NCBI GenBank assembly: GCA_034780895.1
Contig: JAUZTB010000081.1
Location: forward strand, 8,566,201 to 8,630,200
DNA from: Rhynchobatus australiae
Lineage: Eukaryota
Direction of reading: 5' to 3'
DNA length: 64,000 nt
The position numbers were made by a program, and so were the translations under genes. Positions within the stretch are counted from its first letter, which is position 1, and each line of letters begins with the position of its first letter. Below, in pieces: positions 48,131 to 61,039 of the stretch. Under the pieces are notes generated by a model. The model searched no databases and had not been told where the DNA came from. It worked only from the letters and a program-made list of their open reading frames with translations.

Positions 48131-51100
48131 CATCTGTAGGGGGAGCATCCCTTATATCCTGTCCATGTGGTGTGTATCCTGCAAGTGATTAAGGGCACGA
48201 TATAGTGGAAGCTGCGCTCTGCCTCTAACACATGCTATGCTTGATTGGAATGTTTGATAGGCCAGTGGAGGGTAACCTTAATTTTGAATCTAACACATTT
48301 AGTATCTCTGCTAGAAACATTTAGTAGATCTCTAGTGAGGGAACTTTATTCCCATCCGTGCTATACATCACACAAAATGTTTCATGGGAACCTGCAGATT
48401 AATCTTCTCTCTTCATTTAATTCATGATATGCTGGACTTTGATGGGACAAGGTAAAGGATGCTGTACTTAATATCCAGCTGTGCCATACCTAAACGGAAC
48501 ATTTTGATTTGAACATGTGGAAAGACAATTTAAAGGTACAACAGGGATTAGGAACAATTCCTACGCTGTCCCATCAGATCTTCCCAGTTCAGGCATATGT
48601 TGATCCTCTTTCTGGCCTTAAGGAATTTGAAGAACTTTACTCTGTATTCATCCTATGTCATAACTGATCTGGGAGATATTTGTNNNNNNNNNNNNNNNNN
48701 NNNNNNNNNNNNNNNNNNNNNNNNNNNNNNNNNNNNNNNNNNNNNNNNNNNNNNNNNNNNNNNNNNNNNNNNNNNNNNNNNNNNNNNNNNNNNNNNNNNN
48801 NNNNNNNNNNNNNNNNNNNNNNNNNNNNNNNNNNNNNNNNNNNNNNNNNNNNNNNNNNNNNNNNNNNNNNNNNNNNNNNNNNNNNNNNNNNNNNNNNNNN
48901 NNNNNNNNNNNNNNNNNNNNNNNNNNNNNNNNNNNNNNNNNNNNNNNNNNNNNNNNNNNNNNNNNNNNNNNNNNNNNNNNNNNNNNNNNNNNNNNNNNNN
49001 NNNNNNNNNNNNNNNNNNNNNNNNNNNNNNNNNNNNNNNNNNNNNNGAGAAGGTTTGATAAGATAGAGTAAACAATGATCCATAGATACATAGTTAGCCT
49101 TTACAGAACAAACCAGTGAGTCCACGTCGGTGTTAATACACCATCATGAGCCTGCTCCCATTCTTCATCAACATAAGCTTTTATCCCTTTATGTCTTTTT
49201 ACGTTAATCTAGCTTCCTTTTAATTGTATCTATGCTATTTACTCTGTGTTAAATGTGTGCTCTGTCTGATCTGGGAATGTTAAGTGGACAATGTAGAGGA
49301 AGCTTCACTCAGTATTCAACTCATGTTGTACCGACCTGCAATACTTTGTTGGAACATGACCACTGGAGCTTAGCTGTGAATCCAAGTCTTTCAGTACATG
49401 AACTGGCAGTTTTTAGCCTGTAAGTGAAGAGGGAACTTTACTCTAAGCCACATTCTTTCTGTCCAGTGAGTGTGTGATAGAACATTATGGAGAGAGCATT
49501 TCACTGTGCATCTAACCCATGTCATAAGTGACCGTGAATGTCTGATGGGACGGCATAGAGGGAACTGTGCTCTTGCATCTTTCTGTTTTTGTACTTGACC
49601 CAGAAACATTTGTCTGGAAGGCATGGATCCAACCTCACTCTTTATTTTACTCTTTTATTTTACTTTGTAACTAATATGTACTGCACGCACCCTGGGAATG
49701 TTTGATGGGACAGAGTAGAAAAAGCTTTATTCTCTATCTAACATATACCCTACATGTCTGGGACTATTGGATAGAACAGTGTAGAGTACTTATCCTGGTT
49801 TTCTTTTTGAGATTACATAAAAAAGCTGATTCTGAATCTAACCCATTCTCTTCCTAACCTTGAAATGGTCAATCTTCACTCTTTATTCTGCTCCATGTTG
49901 TGCATGTACTGGGAATGTTCATGGGTCAGGCAGAGGGAAATTTATTCTGTGTCTAACATACGTTGTATCTGTTCTGAAAGCATTTGATGGAACATTTTAG
50001 AGTATCTATCCCTTTGTTTGCTGTTTCTTTTCCTGTTGCTGTCACTCTCTTTATCTTGTATTCAGTCTTCTGCATTTCTTCATGTTATTTCCTTTCAAAC
50101 CCTTTACGGTGGAGGTCATTAATGGGAGTATTTGATGGGACAGTGCAGAGAAAGCTTTACTCTGTATCTATAAAAATAACTTTACTTCCATGCTTGCATT
50201 ATTCACAATTAAAATGTGATCATCATTGTCCAGCTTCCAATAAGCCAGCAGGCACCATGTGCTCCCTCTCTAGGGATACCGGGCCACATATGTATCCTCA
50301 CAAGGGCAGGCAGTCAGGTCAGTGCTGTCCCTGCTTTAAGAATGTTTCGTGGGGCAGAGCAGAGAGAACTTCACTCTGTATCTGACCTGTGGTATACCTT
50401 CTCTGATGGGACAATGTGGAGAGAACTTTTCTCTGTGTCTAACCTGTACTGTTCCTTGCCTGGGAGTGTGTGATGGGACAGTGTGGNNNNNNNNNNNNNN
50501 NNNNNNNNNNNNNNNNNNNNNNNNNNNNNNNNNNNNNNNNNNNNNNNNNNNNNNNNNNNNNNNNNNNNNNNNNNAACCTGTACTGTTCCTTGCCTGGGAG
50601 TGTGTGATGGGACAGTGTGGAGGGAACTTTACTCTGTGTCTAACCTGTACTGTTCCTTGCCTGGGAGTGTGTGATGGGACAGTGTGGAGGGAACTTTACT
50701 CTGTGTCTAACCTGTACTGTTCCTTGCCTGGGAGTGTGTGATGGGACAGTGTGGAGGGAACTTTACTCTGTGTCTAACCTGTACTATTCCTGCCCTGGGA
50801 GTGTGTGATGGGACAATGTGGAGAGAACTTTACTCTGTGGCTGTCCCATACTGTTCCTTCCCTGGGAGTGTGTGATGAGACATTGTGGAGGATGTTTTAT
50901 TCAGTGTTTTGCATGTGCTGGGTAGTGCAGACTGTCTATCCATGCAATGTCTGACCTTGATACATTTCACACAGCAGTGTAGTAGGAGCATTCCCTTTAT
51001 CTAACCTACTATATGTGCTCTTGAATTGTTTCATGGGATAATGTAGAGAAAGTTGTCCACTGCGTCTGTCCCATTCTCTGCTTGACTGGATTTATTTGAT

Positions 51101-54100
51101 GGGCCAATTGGAGAGGTACTTTTACATAACTGTATTTCAACTGTGGATGTTCAGTGGACAATGAAAGGGAAAGATATTCAGTGTCTAATCCATTCTGAAC
51201 CAGATCTGTACGTGTTCAATAGGACCCTGCAGAGGAAGCTATACTAAAGCTAGCTTGCATGTGTTTGATGAAAGAGTAGAGAGCAGGCTTTACTCTGTGT
51301 TAATTCCATGTTGTGTCAGGTCTGGCAGTGACAGTGTAGAGGGAACTTTACTCTGTATAAGTAGGATGGCAAAATGGAATGTGTACTCTGCATTCGGTCA
51401 ATGCTGAACCTGGGAGAAAAAGTTCTTTAATCAATAACCATTACATGAGATCATGGAATGCTTGATTGACATGATTAGAATATACATTTGTCTGTATCTA
51501 TTGTTTTTCCTGATCTGGAAACAGTTTGTTGGCCAATGCAAAGATAGATTTACACTGTACCTGACCCATGTTGTTCCAGATCTTGGGGTTTTGCTGGCAT
51601 TGCATATCCAACCCTAACTGTTTCTCAGGAAGTTGTGACACAAAATTTACTCTGTATTTAGCCTGTACCTAATCTGGAATAGTTTAAAAAAACAGTATAG
51701 AGGAAACTTTACTCAGTATGTGGCCCGTGTTGTTCTCGTGCTGGGAATTTTCAATGGAACAATGTAGAGGGAGCTTTACCTTGAGATACTCTGTCTGGCC
51801 AATAGAATGAGAATCTGATTTGCGCAGTATAGCAGGAGCTCTGCTCAGTACTTGTTTCATTCCGTGTTTGACATGAGAGTGCTGATGTGACACAGGAGAA
51901 GAAGCTTTTTAAATTATNNNNNNNNNNNNNNNNNNNNNNCAGAGCACTGTATCTAACCTTGCTGTACCTGACCTGGGTGCAGTTGAAGGGATAATGTAGG
52001 GATGATTTGCTCTGTATTTAACCCTTCTATCTAGCCTGGGAGAGTTTAAAGAGATATGTAGCTGTGGCTTATTGAGAGTGTTTGATGGTAAAATGTAATG
52101 GAAACTTTATGCTCAATGTTGTGCCTGCCCTAGGAAATACAGAGTACAAACATAATTATATTGGTTTTTGCAACACAAAAACATGCAATTCTGCCAAACA
52201 CAGTCATTCTGGCTCCTATCTTCTTTGCTTAACCCTACTTTCTCCCTCATGTGTTTAGCTAGATTTACCTTAAATGCACCCATGCTATAATTCATAAGAG
52301 AATGTAAGCAACTTTTTCTTTGTATCTAATTTGTGATATGCTTGACCTATTAGTTTTGAAAAGATCATAGAGATGGGTGACCTGCCTATATGTGTGTTTG
52401 ATGATACAGTGTAGAGGGATCTTTATTCAGCACTAAACTGATATATACCTAACCTGGGAGACACTTTGTTGAGATGGTGTAGAAGCTATATTCACCCATT
52501 CTATGCCTAGCCTGGGAGCCATTGATGTGCAGTGTAGAAAAAACTGTTTGTTGCCAACAATTGCAGTGAATGACTTGGGGGTGTCTGATGGGGCAGTGTG
52601 GAAGGAGCTTTTGCTGTATATTTACCTGATCTATGAATGTTTCATGGAACAGCATAGAGGAAGCGTTATCCTGTATACTCCATTGATCCATGTTGTATTG
52701 ACCTCTGAAACACAGAAGGAGCCGAACCCTGAACTTGACATGCTGTATCTGATGTGGATGCTTGATGTACTGTGCAGAGGAGGTCTAACAGTGGTCAAAT
52801 TGTGTGGAGTCTGATCTGATACTGTTTGAGGGGCAGTGTGCTGCATCTAACCTGTGACATTCCTGACTGGGAAGGGTCTGGTAACACAGCGTCCACTCTC
52901 TGTACAGCTCCAGCTATACCTGACATGTGTGTTGTCATAGGATACGTAAAGGGAGATTGACTTCCTATCAACATCTTGCTCTTCTGACCTTGATGTTTAG
53001 TGGGACTGTATTGAATGAACTTTGTAGATAATCCACTCTTTTAACTTCAAGACATAGTTTATTCATTAAAAAATCTAAAATATATAAATAGAGAACATTA
53101 AAGTCAACATTTTCATCACAAGTAATGTTTTTTCATTACTCAAGTTCAACGTATCAGCAGTTATATAGAACCACTTCTTGGGGTCTTCCTAACACAAATT
53201 TTAACTAATTTTAAGCATGCCAGGAGTTGCCCTTCCCCACTGAGGTCCAACAGTTCTTTAAAAACAATAACTTTATTTACGTATTTACAATGTTTACAAC
53301 AATTTCAGATTAAAATGCAATCAATACTATCCAGGATGCACTGCTGCCCCTGGAGTCCCATGGTCCTAGAAGGCCTCCAGCCAGCCAGCGGACACGTATG
53401 CCCCCTCTCTATAGACTCCCGGGCATGTAGCTGATGGAACAATGTAAAGGAGAGCTTTACTGACTTGCACTGAATCTGTACAGGGAGTACTTCAAGGTGC
53501 AGTTAAAAGTTTTTTTGAAGTACCTTGCCTGATACGAGAGACCTTAGCTATGTATCGAACCTGTTCTTGTACCTGACCTGGAAGAATTGATTGAACGGTG
53601 TGGAGGGAACTCCCTGTTTCTTTCTCAGGAATGTTGTGGGGCAATGTAAAAGAAGCATGTTTCTTTCTGGTAACAATGCTGCACTTTTTTCTGTCAGTTT
53701 TTGACTGTAGGGGAATCTTTTGAGTCAGATACAGCCTGAATCTTTGGGTTACTTAGTTATATCCCAGATATGACCTGTGATTATTGGGATATTCATAGCT
53801 GTATCCAAATGGGAGAGTGTAGAGGGAGCTTTACTCTGTATCTAATCTATGCTGTATTTGGGCTGGGACTATTTGATGGGACTATCTTGAGAGACCTTGA
53901 AGTTTTATCTGGGAGTGGTTAATGGGTTAATGTAGAACAACCTTGACTCAATGTCTAACCTAAATTGGGTCTTTGCATAAGGTTATGTTGGGTTGGTTTT
54001 CTTCGTTTATAACGTCTAGGATCTGACCTCATAGTCTTTAATCTGGCATGCCAGATAGATCTTTACTGTAAATTTTGCTCCATTTGATCTTGGAGAATTT

Positions 54101-54300
54101 AATCTTCAGCCTTATTCTGTAGCTGTTCAATACTGGCCTATGAGTGTTGATGTGACAGTGTAGAGGTAACCTTGCTGAACGTTCAAACCTTTTTGAATCA
54201 TTCCTAGTATTGTTAATGAGGAGCATGAAGCAGAAGCTGTAGTCTGTAACTAAGTACTGCTGTGCCTTGCTTGGGGTGTGTTTGACGTTGACATTGAGGG
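48130..54300 (+). repeat. 67-bp satellite field: homogeneous core at 50440-50880, degenerate flanks
   Basis: Unit aacctgtactgttccttgcctgggagtgtgtgatgggacagtgtggagggaactttactctgtgtct starts at 50575, 50642, 50709 and 50776 (exact 67-bp period). Confidence 0.93.
53030..53420 (-). mobile_element. L1/Tx1-like LINE 3' end inserted in the satellite
   Basis: T-rich tail and tttattc signal at left; GC-rich ORF-end remnant (gcccctggagtcccatggtcctagaaggcctccag) at right. Confidence 0.5.
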
Positions 54301-54789
54301 CACAATGATTGTAATTATTTTAGCACTTTGCACTGACATCCGTCAGCATTTAGTAGCACAGAGATCACCCGTACTCAGTGATATTGGCAGGATCCACTAG
54401 GGACATACTGCATTCAAAGTCTGTTTTTAATATTATGGGATGGAGTAGGATTTAGATGAAAGGATTCATTTTGCATAACTAAATATAAATTATTCATTAC
54501 CTTTTTTTAAATCGGTTTATGTCCACATGTTAAGGTGCACTGAATCTAGCCACACGCAGTCAGTAAGATCTGATTTGTTATATACCTTTTCAAGTTTCTC
54601 CAGATGGCTCAGTGAGCTTCTTATTAAGTCAAAAGTGAGCAATGGCTTGGGTTTGACTCCTCGTCTGCCAAGCAAGGGTAAGCTGTGGAAGATTTTGAGT
54701 TGGGCATTACTGCCAGAGAGGAAGTGTGGATAGGACAATATTCACAGTTCCTGATCTTGACAGATGATGACACTTGAAGAAATAAAATC

Positions 54790-55170
54790 CTGGATTTATA
54801 TAGCACTTTTCATTACCTCAGGACTTCCCAAAGCACTTTACAGTCAATGAAGTACTTTAGAAGTGTAGTCAATCTTGTTAAGAGAAAATGACAGCTAATT
54901 TGCACACAGCACCCTCCCGCGTGTGATCATGTTGAGATCATCCATTTTTGTGACGCTGTTTGAGGGATGAATATTGGCCAGGATATCAGGAAGGATGTCC
55001 CTCTTCAGAAATGGGATCTCTTATTTCCACCCAAGGGAGCAGGCAGAGCCTGGGCTGAAGGTCTTATTTGAAAGATGTCACCAATAAAAGTATACGACCG
55101 CTCAGCTTGGAGTACATTCGAGTATTTGGAGCTAGGCTTGGACTCGTCATGTTTGGAGGTGAAGTTATTC
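54790..55170 (-). mobile_element. Deu-domain SINE (SacSINE1/AmnSINE1-like)
   Basis: atttatatagcac...cccaaagcactttacagtcaatgaagtactt...ttgcacacagca...gagggatgaatattggccagga. Confidence 0.8.
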
Positions 55171-55579
55171 GAGAGCATGGGGAAAATATACCCAGCTATG
55201 CTTGCCTCTGTTGTGCATTATATTTGAGTGGCTTGCACTGGCTGCAGTTGAAAGAGGGATTGGAATGTCCCCAACAGCCCATGGTAGTTAGTGCCTTCAA
55301 GAGAGGTGGTAGGACAGAGAGAGGAGAAAAGGGAAGCCAGGAGGAGTGTGAGGTAGGGACATTTCCTCCAGGAATGAGACACTATTCTGCATTGTTTAGC
55401 CATGAATTAGTGGCCCAATCTTATGGTAGCATTCACTCAATTTTGACTGTAAATCAGCAGGTGATAGGAGCGGTGGGTGTTGGGGAGTGATGTTGAGAGC
55501 AGCCAGTTTGCTGCATTCTCCAAACCAATTGGAGCAACGTTCTTGAGGATCCCAACGCTGGGAATTTCTTGCCTGTTTC

Positions 55580-55850
55580 CCTGTCTCTTTTAACGTGACA
55601 CTTAGTTCGCGTAAAGGTTACCATTGGCTGCTGGTCGCTGAAAATGTATTTAACCCACTTACTATTATTTTATTTTTTTCTCAATCTTAAGCCATTTAGC
55701 CCTAGAGGTGGTTAAGTGTAGGATATCACAGCAACTTAAGCGTGCACAATCCTGTCATGGGGGATGTGGGGCGGGAGGGCGGGGGGGGGAATGGGGTGGG
55801 AAGCACCGTAAATTCGCGAGTTTCACCATAGCGACAGAGTTCACCGGTAA
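55580..55850 (+). promoter_or_regulatory. Small CpG-rich promoter-like element with splice donor
   Basis: ATTGG 55623-55627; GC boxes ggggcggg/gggcgg about 55768-55785; TCGCGA 55814-55819; X-box-like TTCACCATAGCGAC 55822-55835; CCG|GTAAGG after 55846. Confidence 0.5.
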
Positions 55851-57069
55851 GGTAGGGTCATTCAGTCGCAATGTTTGATTTGTTCTGTGAGCATTGTTGT
55901 TTGGTGTTTTGTTCTTTTATAATTTAAGAAAAAAAAATCAAATGAAGGAAAAATCTGGAAAAAAAATCTTAAACAGCATTAAAGTTTTTATAAAGGAATG
56001 CATTCACTAGCTGGCTGGGTGGGGAGGGGTTGGTGGGGACGGGGAGGGGTTGGGGCGGTGCGGGAAGTGGCTGGCTTGTTGGATTGGACCACTTGATCAA
56101 ACAAATATAACCCTTGCACTGCGTGGTAAAGTTGCCAGGAAATCAGCTGAAAAATATTTTTATCTCTCTCCCACCAACCACGCTCTTCCTATAAATAAAT
56201 CTTCAAAGAACAGATTTAAAGGGCCATCATCATCCCTGGGATATCTTTGCTTGCAAATCAGCTGTAACTGGGATGTGAAAGGTCCCCACTTTCTTCAAGG
56301 ACTGGGCAGTTCCCAGTGCTAGAAAGTTTCAGGATAGGAGTGGGCCATTCAGCCCTCAAACCTATCACACATTCAGTTAGCTGACAGTTGATTCATATCT
56401 CAACCCAGTTTACATTGCTTTGAAATTTAGTTGCAAAGCTTATGCCATTGAAAATCATTCCCTCCCAGATCAAAATACGATAATGACCACCTTAGAGTCA
56501 TTTATCGCATTTTTCCAGGAACTTGACCAAACATTTTTCTGGGGATGAGTTTCCCTTGCTCTCCTGACATGATCTCAACATCTGGGATGCAACAGATGGC
56601 TCCATTCGCCCATGCAACACTCCAGTTGGAGCATTGCCAGGGAACCTGGGCCATCAGGTCACAGGAGGGGTTCTAGCTTTTACCACCACAGTGCCGGACT
56701 GAGACACCTACCAGGTAAGTTAACTGCTTCTCTCCATCATTCTGGAGCCCCACATTCACACTGCACTGACCAACACTTCTCGTCATACAAACCTGCAATT
56801 GCCCCAGTCCCAGGTCCTAATCTTGTCACCTGCATTAATCCAGCCAGTTTGCATTCCAATTCTCATCCCCATTCCCCTTCACAGCAACATCTATTCTGCC
56901 AGTCTCAAACCCAAACCCTCCCAACAATATCCTCCTGTCATCCCCTTCCAAAATGTAAAGTGCCTCCGTCCCCAGCAAGTACTGTAGGGATTCAAGTGAC
57001 CTGGTAGCTCCCAAATAGCAGGGGCATATTGTAAGTGCTAAAACTGTCAATGACATCATGCTGCGGTGC

Positions 57070-57310
57070 TCATCCCGTGCTCCCCTTAAAATCTTCATCT
57101 AATGAAAATTTATTGATCTTAGTTTTGAAATTTGCTGTTCCATCTTCTGGCCATGAATCTATTGAATTGGGAGACTTCCAGATTTCCAAACACTGTGTGA
57201 GGAAGTGCTTTCCGACATCACCGATGGTCTGCCTGGCTCTGATTTTAGGGTTGAGCCCAGTCATTCCGGACTGCCCCCCTCGCCCCCCAGTGAGAGGAAA
57301 TCATTTCTTC
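57070..57310 (-). mobile_element. Old CR1 LINE ORF2 C-terminal fragment
   Basis: Minus ORF: IGDVGKHFLTQCLEIWKSP...FKTKINKFSLDEDFKG, similar to the CR1 FFTQRVVxxWNxLP...FKxxLDxF ending. Confidence 0.65.
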
Positions 57311-58014
57311 TCACAGCCTGTTGACTGCTCCAATCACCCTAAACTCCCCAATTCAAAACCTGCCTGCAAAATTTTAGCTCCTTTTGCCTGTGATATCATT
57401 TGGCAAAGTCAGAAAACCCCAAACACCAGCGGCTGCCACTTGGGATAGCATTTTTGTGGTGTTGAAATAAATACTAAAAGGGAGTGGGGGATTTTTGTCA
57501 GCCCATGTTATGGATAGAACATGCCAGGGAGCCATCTCCCCACTTGAGCTCCATTCTCTTGGTCACACTGTTCTAACCTTCCACCCATACATGTATTGTT
57601 GCCCTAGATGCTATACCTCTGGATATTTATTTAAGAGTTTACCACCGTGTGATTGAAATAGGTTCTCCTGATCTCTGTACTATCCCTGCCCTGTTTTTGA
57701 AGAGTTTAAAAATCATCTGGTACCTCTAACATGGCCATATGCCACATCTCACAAAGCATACTTGCATTACCAATGCAAAACCATCTCAAAATGCTCCAGA
57801 GTTGTTGCTTGAAACTCCTGGACACATTCTAACCTGCAGTACCACCCGTAATTAACCTAAACATCTGCAGCTTGTCACAAATTTAAAGGGACAAAGCTCT
57901 GTTTATGAGGAAAAAAACTGTTTAGGCGACAATACCTGCAAATTTGTGTGCTATTGGTTTTGTTTTATAAAAAGTAAACCTTTCCCATCTCTAATTGGTC
58001 AAAGATCACTTGAG

Positions 58015-58370
58015 GGCAATTAACCCCTAACTGATGCAAAGATCTGATCAGAACAATTACCCTCTGATTGACCTGAGGATCTGATAGCAAATCTGCTCTA
58101 ATTCACCTGAAGAAATGGTAAGAGCAATTAGCTTCTTGGTGACCCAAAGATCTGGTGAGAACAATTAACTTCTAATTAACCTGAGAGTTCCTTTCTGACT
58201 GACCCAAGATTCTGGAAAGAGCAGTTAGCGTATAAATCACCAAAGAATTTGGTAAGAAATTAGCATCCACTTGACACAGGGATCCATGAGAATAGTTAAC
58301 CTCCAGTTGATCCAAGGACCTGGTAAAAGCAGTAGTCTCTACTGTAGATTTAGCCTCCAGTTGATCAGGG
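58015..58370 (+). repeat. Degenerate tandem repeat, period about 37 bp
   Basis: caattaacc.ct.attgacc.aaagatctggt.agag-like unit recurs about 9 times. Confidence 0.75.
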
Positions 58371-59729
58371 GAAGTGTATAAATTGCATCTTTACTTAACT
58401 TGGTGACAGAGCTGCACAATTGTGCTGAACACAATATAACATGTTTGCACCTGTTAGGAGCAGTGCCACATGAGACTCATTAGCTTTAAGTCAGATCTCC
58501 GTTAGCCATATTTCCTTCGGACTGGACAGGTTCATAACATTCTCTTATTCCTAGAGGCTTTATCACACAGCCTTGAATCTCATCTTGCCAGGTCAGTCTT
58601 TTTGTTTCCACTCTCTACAACTTTTAAAATAAATCGTGTTCAATGAAGTTAAATTAACTACAGATTTCTCATAATCAACCTTTAACCCCTGGAGTCTCCA
58701 GGACCATCCCGGGAATTAGCTCTTCCCATGGTACCCATTCCCATCCGGCATGTACACAGTCCTCCCCATCTCCACCCTCCCAACACCTACTGCTCCATCA
58801 GTCCTCACAGCAACAAACTGATGATGTCCATAACCCATGCCCAAAGTTTATATATGTAACAGTTCTGGTTTGCAAGCTGGGAAGCTCACTGTGATGGTGT
58901 TGTACCAACTCAAATTGTCGAAACACCATGGTCTTGATCTCAGGGTGAGGGTGGGAGTGCTCATCATATTCTGTGAAACAAAGTCCCGACTCGCTTTGCA
59001 TCTTCAGTTCTTCCTGATGTGCTGCGATGGGGACTGGCAGTTTCCTCCATTTCACTCATTTGTCAGAAGGGGAGATCTGATGGGTTTCTGGCCATTTTTC
59101 TAAGGCAGGTGGTTGGGGGGGGTTGGTTGCAGAGGGAGCAATAAATCTGTCTCAACAAGCTAAAAAGCAAACAAAAAATTGAGAAGGGGTTTGGGGTGAG
59201 AACACGAAGCCTTTTACTTTAAAGGATCCTCAGCTGATAATTCCTCTCCCAGTCCCCATCCGCCTGTTAGCATTCTGAGACCAACAGTATCCATCCCACC
59301 CTCCCCACCACTGCTGCTATATTCAACAGGAAGATCCCGGGTTTGATTTCTGCTCCGTGTTGTTAGCTGATATGGGAGGGGTGGAAAATCAGGAGATACT
59401 TTGGATTTGATTGCTCACGTTGGCAATTCCAAAGCGACACAACCACCCCCCCCCCTCCGCCACCACCAACCCAAATGGCCCAAAAATATCCCCAATCCCC
59501 ACAAATATATTATGAAATATTTCACTTTGGAATATAGCATGAAGTTGCCTTGACAAAGAGTAACTAACTGCGAGTGACAATCAATGATCACCAAGTTGCT
59601 CGGCAAAGTGCAGAATGTAGTGTTAAGGTTGAGGGGTCATTTCTTAACTTAGCTGCTGGCAGAGCCCACCCTCTCCTTTCTCTTAGCACTGATTTTGTTT
59701 TTCCTTATTCCTCTGGTGAAAGTATTGTG

Positions 59730-59771
59730 TGCTGACTCACATCAGTCGAGCTGAAGGGAATGCTGAGTCAC
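59730..59771. promoter_or_regulatory. Pair of ARE/AP-1 (CNC-sMaf) elements
   Basis: TGCTGACTCAC 59730-59740 and TGCTGAGTCAC 59761-59771. Confidence 0.5.
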
Positions 59772-61039
59772 ACCAGACCTGGGGGGGGGGCATTTCCCTT
59801 GAGGTGAATCACCCGGGTTCCTTTATGCCATTTGGCGTAAAGGATTTTCTGCAGGTTCAGGAGCCTGGGCCCAGACCAAGGGAACCCTCCTCTTTTACCT
59901 TTAAGTCTAGGTGCCTTTTTGCTGTAATAAGAAAGCGCAGTGTGTTTGAACCAGAGGAAGCGGTTTGGCTGAAATTCAATAATAATTGAATGTGTATGAA
60001 TAATAATAAACTCCCCATTATGATTCTTGACTCCCTCTGGTTTTGACGTTTACTGGGCACAAAGTGATGGTGGATAAGGGAACATCTGGGATTGACAATT
60101 CCCCAGGCTTTTCCTGAAATCTCCTGGAATCGACTCAGCTTAGTTTAGATTTACACCCAAGGGAAAAATCACATGGGTACTAATCATTGATCCCGAGCCC
60201 TGAAGAATAGGGTGCAGAGGTAGATGGACAGCCATCTTCTCCCGTCGTTCCATGGGCATTCACGGGTAGGGTAAAATCATTTAGCCGGGACATTTTACCC
60301 TAAACCACTCAGTAGGGAAATGATGGGGTTTGCTGGAGTTGCATTGGGCAGGTTGTTGAATTAGCATTCTGTCCAATCGCACTGGGATTTCAGACCAGAG
60401 AGAGTAAAATTACGTTTTAAAAGTGGGAAATGCACTACGAGCTGGGGTTAGATCAGACCACATCACAGAAGGGGTAGGATACCCGGTTCTAGGGAGTCGA
60501 GAACTGCTGGAAGCTGGTTGGAGGTCAGTGGCGGTTATCCTTGGGTGTTGATGCAGGGAGCGAATTAGACTGAACTTGGGAGGGGATGTAAAACAGGTAG
60601 AATTGCTTTTACCAGCAGTTACATACCACCTGTTGGATAGTTAGTGCTGGTAAAATAAGCAGAACAGGAAGTAAAACTTGTGTCCAATCTCATCCCCCAG
60701 TTTTCTCCCCTTAATGATAAAAATTAAATGTTGTGAAATATTCCGGCATTCATGGCACCTTTGTATGGTGCCCCTCAGGGTGTTGAGGCACTTTAGGGAG
60801 AGAGGGAAGGTAGGACTGGGACTCTACATGATATAGTCAGTTTACCTTCTGTATTTCCCCCATCTCCCCTGCACCCCCTGCCAGCCCCAACCCAACCCTA
60901 GAACACACGATAGGACCTGTCTATTTATAATCTGTTTGGCACTAAAGTGAGGAGAGGGGTTATATTTTCTGAATGCGACCGATTCACACTCGCCCATCTT
61001 TCGATCCATAGCTTTCAGAAATGGGGCGCAGAGGTGGAA

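Noticed and set aside
50440-50880. Regular repeats superficially like a CRISPR array
   Set aside because: Head-to-tail 67-bp units with no unique spacers, no cas genes and a vertebrate context
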